Source of the DNA: an uncultured Candidatus Peribacteria bacterium
GTDB taxonomy: Bacteria > Patescibacteriota > Gracilibacteria > RBG-16-42-10
DNA length: 64,000 nt
Reading direction: 5' to 3'
Assembly (NCBI GenBank): GCA_964514565.1
Contig: CAZERA010000001.1
Coordinates: 186,001 to 250,000, forward strand
Within the stretch, counting starts at the first letter, position 1, and every line of letters starts with the position of its first letter. The notes under the pieces are model-generated. The model was not told where the DNA came from. It saw nothing but the letters and a program-made list of their open reading frames with translations, and ran no database searches. The position numbers were made by a program, and so were the translations under genes. Positions 9,781 to 19,005 of the stretch are shown here, one piece after another.

Positions 9781-10323
9781 TTATTTAGCAGCTTTTTTAC
9801 CTTCCTTGCGCACCACATATTCTCCTGCATAGCGCACACCTTTACCTTTGTATGGTTCAGGTTTCTTGAGAGAACGAATCTTAGCAGCTGTGAGGCCAAC
9901 TAAGTTCTTGTCGGTACCAGTGATCACGATCTGAGTTTCATTGGGAACAGTGAACACTATACCAGTGGGAGCTGGAAAATCGATAGCATGTGAATAACCT
10001 AAGCTGAGATTGAGGTTAGCACCTTTGAGAGCAACACGATAACCTACACCTTGAATTTCTAATTGCTCTTTGTATCCATCGACTACACCTTTGATCATAT
10101 TATTGATACTAGTGCGTACTGTGCCATGGAGACGAGCAGCTGTAGGGTCTTGGTCATCATTGCGAGTTACAATCACTTGGCCGTCAGTAATAGCTACTGT
10201 GACACTTGCAGGAACAGTGAATTGTAAGTTGCCTTTAGGTCCAGTGACGAATACAACATTATCTTTGAGTTGTACTTGTACCTGAGCGGGGATTGTAATA
10301 GGGAGTTTTCCAATACGTGACAT
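9781..10323 (-). CDS. rplF: 50S ribosomal protein L6 (start at MSRIGK)
   Basis: MSRIGKLPI, GPKG, GVGYR, PEPYKGKGVRY. Confidence 0.98.
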   Translation of the reverse strand: MSRIGKLPITIPAQVQVQLKDNVVFVTGPKGNLQFTVPASVTVAITDGQVIVTRNDDQDPTAARLHGTVRTSINNMIKGVVDGYKEQLEIQGVGYRVALKGANLNLSLGYSHAIDFPAPTGIVFTVPNETQIVITGTDKNLVGLTAAKIRSLKKPEPYKGKGVRYAGEYVVRKEGKKAAK

Positions 10324-10343
10324 AGCGAGTGAATTATAACTTT

Positions 10344-10730
10344 TTACCAAATTTCACAGAGAACCTCACCACCAACACCTTGTTCTTGCGCAGATTTGCC
10401 GGTCATAACACCTTTTGAGGTAGAAATGATAGCAATACCGAGACCATTGAGGACATGAGGGATCTTGTCACTATTGACGTAGATTCTTTGACCTGGCTTA
10501 CTGATGCGTTTGAGTTCGAGATCTTTCTTACTACTATCAAGTTTGATAGTAATTTGATCAAACTCTTTTTCGTCTTTTGTCTTCTTCACTGATGTTACAT
10601 ATCCTTCTTCAGCGAGAATTTCACTGATAGTGAGACATGTACCGCTAAAGCGGGCATTAACTTCGAATAGTCCAGCACGGCTGGCATTTCGAATTCTTGT
10701 AAGTAAATCGGCTATTAAATCGCTATGCAT
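10344..10730 (-). CDS. rpsH: 30S ribosomal protein S8
   Basis: D.IADLLTRIRNA, RISKPG.RIY, STSKG, GGEVLC. Confidence 0.98.
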   Translation of the reverse strand: MHSDLIADLLTRIRNASRAGLFEVNARFSGTCLTISEILAEEGYVTSVKKTKDEKEFDQITIKLDSSKKDLELKRISKPGQRIYVNSDKIPHVLNGLGIAIISTSKGVMTGKSAQEQGVGGEVLCEIW

Positions 10731-10739
10731 ATATTTAGA

Positions 10740-10964
10740 TTACCATGATGATTTGCGCACGCCCGCTAACTCGCCACGATTGGCTCTCTCACGAACACAG
10801 ATACGACAGAGACCAAACAAACGAAGATAACTCTTCACACGACCACAATTTTTACATCGATTGTAGGCTCTCACCCACATTTTTGCTGTACGGCCTTCCT
10901 TGCGAGCATTTTCTACTCGACGTTGTGTCCGTGCTGCTTTTACTATTAAAGCTCTACGTGCCAT
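10740..10964 (-). CDS. rpsN: 30S ribosomal protein S14 (zinc-ribbon type, 74 aa)
   Basis: NRCKNCGR...[10 protein letters not shown]...GV.KSSW. Confidence 0.97.
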   Translation of the reverse strand: MARRALIVKAARTQRRVENARKEGRTAKMWVRAYNRCKNCGRVKSYLRLFGLCRICVRERANRGELAGVRKSSW

Positions 10965-10969
10965 AAGGA

Positions 10970-11524
10970 TTAGTTATTATTCTTATCTTTGAAAGGGAAA
11001 CCAAAGCTGCGTAGCAAGAGTGCTGTTTTGGTTGGATTGCTATTCTTGACTACCAAGGTGATTTCTAAACCAAAGTTTTTGATATCATCTTCAAGTTGAA
11101 TCTCAGGGAATACTCCGTTCTCTTTCATACCGATAGAGTAGTTGCCTTCTTGATCAAAGCTATGATTGGACATACCACGGAAATCACGCACACGAGGAAA
11201 TACAATGTTGATTAGCTTGCTCAAGAAATCGTACATGCGTTCTCCACGTAATGTTACTTTCATACCATTGGGAGTGTTTTCACGTAATTTGAAGTTTGAA
11301 ACAGATTTCTTAGCTGTGATAGTAATTGGCTTTTGACCAGTAATAGCAGCAATACTGCGCTCTACGAAAGTAAAGTCTTTTACTTGTTGTTGAGTGACCA
11401 TGCTACCGATACCTACATTGATGACGATTTTATCTAATCGTGGCAAGGCGAGGATGTTCTTGGTACCCAACTCTTTTTGTAAGACTGGGACGATTTTCTG
11501 AAAATATTGTTGGCGAAATTTCAT
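10970..11524 (-). CDS. rplE: 50S ribosomal protein L5
   Basis: [33 protein letters not shown]. Confidence 0.98.
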   Translation of the reverse strand: MKFRQQYFQKIVPVLQKELGTKNILALPRLDKIVINVGIGSMVTQQQVKDFTFVERSIAAITGQKPITITAKKSVSNFKLRENTPNGMKVTLRGERMYDFLSKLINIVFPRVRDFRGMSNHSFDQEGNYSIGMKENGVFPEIQLEDDIKNFGLEITLVVKNSNPTKTALLLRSFGFPFKDKNNN

Positions 11525-11542
11525 ACAATTGATGAGACTTGA

Positions 11543-11851
11543 TTAAGAAAGAATCTCTCCACTAACCTTGGCAAACCGTACCTTTTTCTGTCCATCAGCT
11601 ACCTTGTAACCAACGCGAGTTGGTTTGTTGGTTGATGGATCAATCAACATTACGTTTGAGGCGTTGATTGGACGTTCGCTCTTCATAATACCACCTGGTA
11701 CACCATCACGAGCCTTTACATGCTTTGTGAGCATATTGATGCCTTCGATCAGGATCTTTGACTCTTTTGGGAATACTTGGGTCACCTTGCCAGTTTTGTT
11801 GCGGTCTTTGCCAGTGATGACTATGACGAGATCGTTCTTCTTGATTTTCAT
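11543..11851 (-). CDS. rplX: 50S ribosomal protein L24
   Basis: IKKND.V.VITGKD, EGIN, E.PI.ASNV. Confidence 0.98.
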   Translation of the reverse strand: MKIKKNDLVIVITGKDRNKTGKVTQVFPKESKILIEGINMLTKHVKARDGVPGGIMKSERPINASNVMLIDPSTNKPTRVGYKVADGQKKVRFAKVSGEILS

Positions 11852-11866
11852 ATAGCTTGGAATAAA

Positions 11867-12235
11867 TTAAACAACTTCGGGAGCAAGAGAAACGATCTTC
11901 ATGTACCCGTGGTCACGTAGTTCACGTGCTACTGGGCCGAAAATACGAGTACCTCTTGGTTCACCATCATTATTGATAAGAACTACAGCATTGTCATCAA
12001 AACGAACATAAGAACCATCTGGACGACGACGCTCTTTTCTGGTGCGTACCACTACAGCACGTACTACTTCATGAGATTTAGCTGTACCATTTGGAGCTGC
12101 ATCTTTTACCGCAGCGATAATCACGTCTCCAAGGTGAGCGTAACGGCTTTTGGTAGAACCCAAAACCTTGATACACATTACCTTACGAGCGCCGGTATTG
12201 TCTGCGACATTTACTACAGTTTGCTGTTGGATCAT
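11867..12235 (-). CDS. rplN: 50S ribosomal protein L14
   Basis: MIQ...[24 protein letters not shown]. Confidence 0.99.
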   Translation of the reverse strand: MIQQQTVVNVADNTGARKVMCIKVLGSTKSRYAHLGDVIIAAVKDAAPNGTAKSHEVVRAVVVRTRKERRRPDGSYVRFDDNAVVLINNDGEPRGTRIFGPVARELRDHGYMKIVSLAPEVV

Positions 12236-12267
12236 AAAAGGATATTAGTGGAACAGTTGGCTATTAA

Positions 12268-12657
12268 TTAACTATTGGTTGGCTCAGCTGGTGTCTCTGT
12301 TGTGGCAGCAGCAGGTTTAGCCTTCTTTGTACGTTTCTTATATTCGAGAGTAAAGATCTGTTGTTTTGATTCTGCTGGTTTCTCTTGTTCGGCTAATACT
12401 TTCTGTGCTTCTTGTGAGAGTGCTTTTCTTTGTGCTTCTGTCACAATGACCCAACGCTTGAGCTTACTCATTGGGCGAGTCTCCATAATAGTTACTTTGT
12501 CGCCTACTTTGATGCTAGCATCTTCGTTGTGTGCGTAGAATTTATTGTGCACACGATACTGCTTCTTGTATTTAGGATGAGACTTGAGTCTCTCCACTTG
12601 GACAGTAACTGTTTTTGCCATTTTTGTGCCAATTACGACACCAGATTTGAATCTCAT
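12268..12657 (-). CDS. rpsQ: 30S ribosomal protein S17 with C-terminal extension
   Basis: KM.KTVTV, HPKYKK, GDKV.I.ETRPMSK.KRW, then an ~55-aa tail. Confidence 0.96.
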   Translation of the reverse strand: MRFKSGVVIGTKMAKTVTVQVERLKSHPKYKKQYRVHNKFYAHNEDASIKVGDKVTIMETRPMSKLKRWVIVTEAQRKALSQEAQKVLAEQEKPAESKQQIFTLEYKKRTKKAKPAAATTETPAEPTNS

Positions 12658-12854
12658 ACGGTTTTAGGAGAATGATTAATTACGCTCTTAATGCGGGCCA
12701 AATATTTCTTGGCTTTGCGAACCAAACTTGTATTCTTTTCAGCACCAGTGCGGACCATGAGTGAGAGACGGAAAATCTCTTGTTGGGCCTTGAGTTGTTC
12801 TTTGTTTAGCTCTGCAATCGCTAGATCGCGTAGCTCAGCTGTAGTATATGTCAT
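12654..12854 (-). CDS. rpmC: 50S ribosomal protein L29
   Basis: ELR.L...EL, IARI-like C-terminus; canonical position between rplP and rpsQ; ATGA overlap. Confidence 0.93.
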   Translation of the reverse strand: MTYTTAELRDLAIAELNKEQLKAQQEIFRLSLMVRTGAEKNTSLVRKAKKYLARIKSVINHSPKTV

Positions 12855-12859
12855 AAAAA

Positions 12860-13267
12860 TTAAGTATTTTCGACGATTTTAAATTTGATTGGCAACTTAT
12901 GCCCAGCAAGTGTGAAAGCTTCTTTTGCAAGCTCAGCTGTGACACCATCGATTTCAAATAAAATATGTCCTGGCTTTACGATAGCTGCATAGAATTCTAC
13001 AGCACCTTTACCGGCACCCATACCAACCTCCAAAGGTTTCTTGGTGAAAGGCTTGTGAGGAAATATACGAGTCCAGATCTTTCCACCACGCTTGATTGCA
13101 CGTGCCATAGTCTGACGTGCTGCTTCTATTTGACGAGAAGTAATACGTGCGCGGGTCATGGTTTTGAGGCCATATTTACCGAAGGTAAGTCTAGTACCAT
13201 TGGTAGCTTTGCCTGCTAAAGTGTCTTTGTGCCACTTCCGATATTTGGTTCTTTTGGGCTGTAACAT
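12860..13267 (-). CDS. rplP: 50S ribosomal protein L16
   Basis: [28 protein letters not shown]. Confidence 0.99.
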   Translation of the reverse strand: MLQPKRTKYRKWHKDTLAGKATNGTRLTFGKYGLKTMTRARITSRQIEAARQTMARAIKRGGKIWTRIFPHKPFTKKPLEVGMGAGKGAVEFYAAIVKPGHILFEIDGVTAELAKEAFTLAGHKLPIKFKIVENT

Positions 13268-13295
13268 AGAGTATATTGGGGCCTAAAGCCCAGTC

Positions 13296-13323
13296 ATTAT
13301 AAGTAAATTTTGCGGTTAGTCAA
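13296..13323 (-). promoter_or_regulatory. internal promoter between rpsC and rplP
   Basis: Minus strand TTGACT-16 nt-TATAAT followed by a small hairpin (gggctttaggccc). Confidence 0.65.
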
Positions 13324-13333
13324 TTCTATTCAC

Positions 13334-14068
13334 CTAAGCTGCTACCGCGTCAGCTGGAGTGTTTTGCATGTCTACCTTTTTGCTAGCTCCTAAGCCACCT
13401 TTTACCTCTTGATCATTTTGATCACTAGATACTTGGCCTTCGAATATTAGTCCCTTGTAGATCCAAACTTTGATACCAATAATACCAAAAGTAGTCTGAC
13501 AGTGGTAAATAGCATAATCAATATCAGCACGTAAAGTATGCAAAGGAATATTGCCTTCCTTGTAACTTTCACGGCGCGCGATATCAGAACCATTGAGACG
13601 ACCTCCGATCGCTACTTTGATACCAAGAGCTCCTTCTTCCATAGCTTCTTGAATAGCACCTTTGATTGCACGACGATAGGCGATACGACGTTCGATTTGG
13701 CTACCGATCTTTTGTCCGACTAGTACTGCATTGAGATTAGGTTTTCTAACTTCGAAAATTTTAATTTCGATGTTTTTGCCCATCATCTTGTTCACTTGAT
13801 CGCGAAGGATCTCGATACTAGCGCCACTCTTACCGATAATCACACCAGGCTTTGCAGTACGAATCAATACAACTACATTTTTGCTGTTGCGATGAATATC
13901 GATAGCTGCTACTCCAGCGTCACTGAGCTTTTTGCCCAAGAATTTGCGAAGTTTGATATCTTCTTGAACATTATGCTCATAGTCGCTGTTTCTATTGGCA
14001 AACCAATTAGAAACCCAAGGGCGAATGAGTGGAAGACGAAATGCGTAAGGATGAACTTTTTGTCCCAT
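13334..14068 (-). CDS. rpsC: 30S ribosomal protein S3
   Basis: MGQKVHP, PGVIIGK.G, GRLNG, PLHTLRADIDY. Confidence 0.99.
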   Translation of the reverse strand: MGQKVHPYAFRLPLIRPWVSNWFANRNSDYEHNVQEDIKLRKFLGKKLSDAGVAAIDIHRNSKNVVVLIRTAKPGVIIGKSGASIEILRDQVNKMMGKNIEIKIFEVRKPNLNAVLVGQKIGSQIERRIAYRRAIKGAIQEAMEEGALGIKVAIGGRLNGSDIARRESYKEGNIPLHTLRADIDYAIYHCQTTFGIIGIKVWIYKGLIFEGQVSSDQNDQEVKGGLGASKKVDMQNTPADAVAA

Positions 14069-14079
14069 AAATCTAAATG

Positions 14080-14409
14080 TTATTCTTTCATAGCTAACTC
14101 AACAGAAACATATGATGTTCTCTTGAGGATTGGATGCCAGCGACCTCGTGATACTGGTAGACCACGCTTGAGTGATGGTCCTTTGTTGACAACAATACGA
14201 GATACTTTGAGATCTTTAACAGCAATTTTGAAGTTGTTCTCAGCATTACTAGCTGCAGACTTTACTACATCGTAGAGGAGTCGAGCACCTTTCTTTGGTA
14301 GATACTGAAGAAAATTCAAAGCATAGTTGACGTCTTTGTCAGTAACCATGCCAGCTACTACTAGTAGCTTATAAGGGGAAATGCGAATGTAACGTGAATA
14401 GGCTCTCAT
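14080..14409 (-). CDS. rplV: 50S ribosomal protein L22
   Basis: RISP.K, KSA.SNAENN, GP.LKR, KRTS. Confidence 0.98.
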   Translation of the reverse strand: MRAYSRYIRISPYKLLVVAGMVTDKDVNYALNFLQYLPKKGARLLYDVVKSAASNAENNFKIAVKDLKVSRIVVNKGPSLKRGLPVSRGRWHPILKRTSYVSVELAMKE

Positions 14410-14420
14410 AGGAATATAGT

Positions 14421-14708
14421 TTAAGCAGCAGGTGTATCAGTTGTAGTGATCTTGCCACCATGTTTTCTGAAAGTACGAGTAGGAGAGAATTCACCTAACT
14501 TGTGACCTACCATATTTTCACTAACAAATACTGGTACATGGGTTTTGCCATTGTGAACTGCGATATTGTGGCCGACCATATCAGGATGGATGGTGCAATC
14601 ACGTGCCCAAGTCTTGATCAACTTCTTTTCGTTGGCAGCATTGAGTGCTTGGATCTTCTTGAGTAGTTTGACGTCGATGTAGGGACCTTTTTTAGTGCTT
14701 CGAGACAT
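14421..14708 (-). CDS. rpsS: 30S ribosomal protein S19
   Basis: [28 protein letters not shown]. Confidence 0.99.
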   Translation of the reverse strand: MSRSTKKGPYIDVKLLKKIQALNAANEKKLIKTWARDCTIHPDMVGHNIAVHNGKTHVPVFVSENMVGHKLGEFSPTRTFRKHGGKITTTDTPAA

Positions 14709-14719
14709 AAATTGTTACT

Positions 14720-15562
14720 TTACTTTTTTTTAGCTAAACCGTGTGAGTCCCGAAGAATCCAACGATTAGTACGTTTGATCTTACGAGTTTTCTTACCAAG
14801 AGCAGGTTTGCCCCAAGGAGTCTTAGGATAAGGTAAACCAATAGAGTTACGTCCTTCACCACCACCATGAGGATGGTCGTTAGGATTCATCGCTTTACCA
14901 CGAACAGTTGGTCTAATACCTTTCCAACGATTACGACCAGCTTTTCCAATACGTAAGTTGGTGAATTCAGCATTGCTGAGGCCACCAATAGTTGCCATAC
15001 AATCCTTGTGGAATAAACGAATTTCACCAGATGGCATTTTTACTTGTGCGTAGCGACCTTCGAGTGACATCAATGAAGCACTGCCACCAGCGGTTCTCAC
15101 CAATTTACCACCTGTGCCTGGAGTAATCTCTAAGTTGAAGATATCAATACCTTCAGGAATAGATTTAAGCATCATGCGATTACCTGGTTGGATAGGTGCT
15201 TTTTCTGCTGTCAGAATTTCAAAGCCGACTTGTACTTTGTTTGGTAACAATACATAGCGCTTTTCTCCATCGCGATAAGCAACGAGAGCGATACGTACAT
15301 TACGGTTTGGATCATATTCAATACCTTTGATGGTACCAGGTACATGCATTTTACCGTTGAAATCGATAATACGATACATACGGCGATGGGCACCACTTCC
15401 ACGATGACGGATAGTAATACGACCTTGGTTGTTTCGTCCGCCATTTTCCTTGAGACGAACGGTCAGGCCTTTGACGCGTTTACTACTAGATAAAGAAGTG
15501 AAGTCTTCTTTATTGCCATGACGGCGGCCGGGAGTAGTTGGTTTAAAAGAGATAATAGACAC
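14720..15562 (-). CDS. rplB: 50S ribosomal protein L2 (GTG start)
   Basis: GRNNQGRIT.RHRG, EYDPNR, MNP.DHPHGGGEG. Confidence 0.99.
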   Translation of the reverse strand: MSIISFKPTTPGRRHGNKEDFTSLSSSKRVKGLTVRLKENGGRNNQGRITIRHRGSGAHRRMYRIIDFNGKMHVPGTIKGIEYDPNRNVRIALVAYRDGEKRYVLLPNKVQVGFEILTAEKAPIQPGNRMMLKSIPEGIDIFNLEITPGTGGKLVRTAGGSASLMSLEGRYAQVKMPSGEIRLFHKDCMATIGGLSNAEFTNLRIGKAGRNRWKGIRPTVRGKAMNPNDHPHGGGEGRNSIGLPYPKTPWGKPALGKKTRKIKRTNRWILRDSHGLAKKK

Positions 15563-15594
15563 AAAAGTAGGAGTTAATCGTGAAAATAAAATGT

Positions 15595-15882
15595 TTAGAT
15601 GAACTTCATCTTAGCAATATCCAACTTATCAGTAGGATTGAGCACAACGATCGCTTTTTTCTTAGCTAGACGTTTGACACGACCCCGTCCGCTAATCTTG
15701 CGAGGTAAATTGATGATTTTGATACTGAGGGGAGTGATACCATAGATTTCTCTAATCGCACGAGCAACAGTAATTTTATTAGCGCTGGTTTGGACATAAA
15801 ACACATAGTGGTTGTCAGCAGTGTTTGAAACACTCTTTTCACTAATCACTGGTTTTTTAATGACACTATAAAGGTTGTTCAT
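15595..15882 (-). CDS. rplW: 50S ribosomal protein L23
   Basis: P.ISEKS, FYV...ANK, KKAIV.L. Confidence 0.96.
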   Translation of the reverse strand: MNNLYSVIKKPVISEKSVSNTADNHYVFYVQTSANKITVARAIREIYGITPLSIKIINLPRKISGRGRVKRLAKKKAIVVLNPTDKLDIAKMKFI

Positions 15883-15884
15883 AA

Positions 15885-16703
15885 TTATGCTTTAGATTTC
15901 TTGGTAACAGCCTTTTTCTTTGGCGCTGCTTTTGCTTTTGGCTCAACAGGAGCTTTTTTTGCTACCTTAGCTTTTGCTGTTTTTTTCGCCTTCACTGGAG
16001 CATCAGACAAAGCTTTAGCTGCTTTAGCCATGCTAGCTTCCAATTCCTCATCAGACAAAATACCCTTGTATGATGTTTCACCCCATTTCTTTTCCATCAA
16101 AGCTGCTGAATCATTGACCAAGACCAATGTGTCATGCCGTAATACGTCGAGAGTATTGATGTTGTCATAGAGACGAACAGTGATTTGAGGTAAGTTGCGA
16201 ACTGACAACACTAATTTTTCGTTTTTCTTAGGAATTACGAATAAAATTGAGCGAGCAGTAGGAAGAGTACTCAACATTGCTTTGATCTCTTTAGTAGAGA
16301 TGGTCTTGATATTGAGATCACCAAGTCCCCACATCTTGCCTCCTTGTGCCTTTGAAGAAAGCCCCATAAGAAGACTCTTCACACGCACTTTCTTTGGTAG
16401 ATCACGATGGTAGTTTTGTTCTCCAGTAGGACCGAAGACACGACCACCTTTTCTCCAGATTGGACTGCGAGTAGTACCAGCGCGGGCGCTAGCAGTACCC
16501 TTTTGTTTGAAAGGTTTCTTACCACCACCACGTCTTTCGGCGCGTGTTTTTACTTTTGCAGTACCTTTTCTTTGGTTGCCCAAGAAAATTGTAGTAACAA
16601 GATGCAGTAATGTGGGTTCTACCTTGAGACCAAATACGTTTGATGACAAAGAGATATCTTCTAGCTTTTTGCCTTCTGAATTGTAGACAGGAATAGTAAT
16701 CAT
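15885..16703 (-). CDS. rplD: 50S ribosomal protein L4 with Lys/Ala-rich tail
   Basis: KTRAE..GGGKKP..QKGT..AR.G, SP.WR.GG..FGP. Confidence 0.98.
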   Translation of the reverse strand: MITIPVYNSEGKKLEDISLSSNVFGLKVEPTLLHLVTTIFLGNQRKGTAKVKTRAERRGGGKKPFKQKGTASARAGTTRSPIWRKGGRVFGPTGEQNYHRDLPKKVRVKSLLMGLSSKAQGGKMWGLGDLNIKTISTKEIKAMLSTLPTARSILFVIPKKNEKLVLSVRNLPQITVRLYDNINTLDVLRHDTLVLVNDSAALMEKKWGETSYKGILSDEELEASMAKAAKALSDAPVKAKKTAKAKVAKKAPVEPKAKAAPKKKAVTKKSKA

Positions 16704-16707
16704 ATAA

Positions 16708-17292
16708 TTATTGCCAAATCTTTACGAAGCTATTGATACCACCAGGTAGAGGTCCCTTGATAGCGATAATTCCCATCTCTTGATCAATAGCGAGGATCTG
16801 GAGACGTTTGCGGGTAACAGTATCTAAACCCATATGACCAGGAAGACGCTTACCTTTTGGTACACGTCCAGGCCAAGTACGACCACCGAAGCCTCCCGGC
16901 TCACGATGATCTTCATGTCCATGAGAGTCAGGATTTCCGGCGAAGTCATAACGCTTCATTACACCTTGGAAACCTTTACCCTTGGAGACACCAGTAACAT
17001 TGACCTTTTCTCCCACTTGAAAAAGCTCAAGTCCAAGTTGAGCTTTAACAGTCATTCCTTCTACAGATGCAAAACTAACTTCACGAATGAAAGAGTAGCT
17101 TTGATAAGGATTCTTTTTTGCTTTATTACGAGCACCTGCAGCTAGTACAAGTGCATTTTTTCCATCTTTGTCTTGGGTTTTGACTTGGAGGATGACGTTT
17201 GGGCTTACCTCTACCAGCGTAACTGGATTCATAAGTCCTTGTTCGTCGACCAACTGGGTCATACCAATTTTTTTACCTAAAATTCCTTTCAT
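16708..17292 (-). CDS. rplC: 50S ribosomal protein L3
   Basis: KKIGMTQ, GVSKGKGFQG..KR, PGRV.KGK..PGHMG. Confidence 0.98.
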   Translation of the reverse strand: MKGILGKKIGMTQLVDEQGLMNPVTLVEVSPNVILQVKTQDKDGKNALVLAAGARNKAKKNPYQSYSFIREVSFASVEGMTVKAQLGLELFQVGEKVNVTGVSKGKGFQGVMKRYDFAGNPDSHGHEDHREPGGFGGRTWPGRVPKGKRLPGHMGLDTVTRKRLQILAIDQEMGIIAIKGPLPGGINSFVKIWQ

Positions 17293-17334
17293 AAATTAAA
17301 TAAAGAGCGGTTAAATGAGCGATAGAAGAACCTC

Positions 17335-17661
17335 CTATGCTGTCAACATCTTCACTTCGATTTCTACTCCCGCAGGGAGTGTGATGTTACTCAGAGCATC
17401 AACTGTCTTCGAAGTGCTTTCTGTAATGTCAATGATTCTTTTGTGAGTTCGGATTTCAAATTGATCACGAGAATTCTTGTTCACGAATGTAGAACGGAGA
17501 AGAGTGAATTTCTTAATACGAGTTGGTAAAGGAATCGGACCAGCAATTAGGGCTCCAGTGCGTTCGATCGCCTCAATAATCATATTGGTTGCCGAATCGA
17601 TCACACGATGATCGTAGGCCTTGATCTTGATTCGAATTTTGGGACTGGTTGCTTGTGCCAT
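17335..17661 (-). CDS. rpsJ: 30S ribosomal protein S10
   Basis: IRIKIKAYDH, GPIPLPT, RDQFEIRTHKR. Confidence 0.99.
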   Translation of the reverse strand: MAQATSPKIRIKIKAYDHRVIDSATNMIIEAIERTGALIAGPIPLPTRIKKFTLLRSTFVNKNSRDQFEIRTHKRIIDITESTSKTVDALSNITLPAGVEIEVKMLTA

Positions 17662-17679
17662 ATAAATAGTTCGCTTAAA

Positions 17680-18882
17680 TTACTTTGTAATCTTTGTCAC
17701 CACACCCGCACCAACTGTACGACCACCTTCACGGATTGCTAAACGCAAACCCTCTTCCATAGCGATAGGCACACTGAGTTTCACTTTCATTTTGACATTG
17801 TCACCAGGCATGATCATCTCAACGCCCTCTGGCAATTCAATTTCTCCAGTAACATCAGTAGTACGGATATAGAACTGAGGTTTGTATCCTTTGAAGAATG
17901 GAGTATGACGACCACCCTCTTCTTTGCTCAAGATATATACTTCAGCATCGAATTCAGTGTGAGGCTTGATACTACCACTCTTAGCTAATACTTGACCACG
18001 TTCGATATCTTCACGCTCAACACCACGAAGGAGAAGTCCTACGTTGTCACCAGCTTGACCTTGGTCAAGTAGTTTCTTGAACATTTCAACACCAGTCACT
18101 ACAGTCTTGCGAGTATCACGCAAACCAACGATTTCTACTTCTTCGTTTACTTTTACGATACCTTGCTCGATTCTACCAGTAGCAACTGTTCCACGTCCCT
18201 TGATAGAGAACACATCCTCAACAGACATCAAGAATGGTTTGTCCAAGATACGAACTGGTTCTGGGATATATGAATCAAGTGCAGCCAACAAATCAAGAAT
18301 TGGTTTAGCAGCAGCTGCATCACCAGGGTTTTCGAGAGCCTTGATAGCTGAACCACGAATAACTGGAATTTCATCACCAGGATATTTGTACTTGCTGAGC
18401 AAGTCGCGAATTTCAACTTCGATCAAATCCAATAATTCTGGATCATCAACTAAGTCTACTTTATTCAAAAATACTACGATGTTCTTCACACCAACCTGAC
18501 TAGCCAACAAGATATGCTCACGAGTCTGTGGCATAGGTCCATCAGCAGCAGATACTACCAAAATCGCACCATCCATCTGAGCAGCACCTGTGATCATGTT
18601 TTTGACATAATCAGCATGGCCTGGACAGTCTACGTGTGCGTAATGACGCATAGCAGATTCATACTCAACGTGCGCTGTAGAAATTGTAACAATTTTTGAA
18701 GCGTCACGAACTGTACCACCCTTGGCGATATCATTGTATGCCTTTGGTGCCACCTTGGTGAGTCCTTGTGCGAAGCTTACAGCACACAGACAAGCTGTGA
18801 GTGTTGTCTTTCCATGATCCACGTGACCGATTGTACCCACATTGACGTGAGGCTTTGTTCTTTGGAACTGATTGTCTGCCAT
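17680..18882 (-). CDS. tuf: elongation factor Tu (atypical switch I)
   Basis: [38 protein letters not shown]. Confidence 0.99.
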   Translation of the reverse strand: MADNQFQRTKPHVNVGTIGHVDHGKTTLTACLCAVSFAQGLTKVAPKAYNDIAKGGTVRDASKIVTISTAHVEYESAMRHYAHVDCPGHADYVKNMITGAAQMDGAILVVSAADGPMPQTREHILLASQVGVKNIVVFLNKVDLVDDPELLDLIEVEIRDLLSKYKYPGDEIPVIRGSAIKALENPGDAAAAKPILDLLAALDSYIPEPVRILDKPFLMSVEDVFSIKGRGTVATGRIEQGIVKVNEEVEIVGLRDTRKTVVTGVEMFKKLLDQGQAGDNVGLLLRGVEREDIERGQVLAKSGSIKPHTEFDAEVYILSKEEGGRHTPFFKGYKPQFYIRTTDVTGEIELPEGVEMIMPGDNVKMKVKLSVPIAMEEGLRLAIREGGRTVGAGVVTKITK

Positions 18883-18967
18883 AAAGAAGTAAAGTTTAAA
18901 TTATAAATGAATTGATGAAACTAACTTTTAGGAACTACCGAAAACATTGCTGGGAAAAAGCGACATG

Positions 18968-18996
18968 ACTTTAACGAAAATGTCCTGCTTTGTAAA
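18968..18996 (-). promoter_or_regulatory. putative promoter for tuf / S10 cluster
   Basis: Minus strand TTTACA-17 nt-TAAAGT. Confidence 0.55.
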
Positions 18997-19005
18997 GTGC
19001 GAAAT

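Noticed and set aside
12654..12657. Alternative genetic code 25 (UGA=Gly) as in Gracilibacteria/Absconditabacteria
   Set aside because: Long genes are intact under code 11, and TGA terminates rpmC (ATGA overlap), the 50091 gene and the 56159-57769 gene
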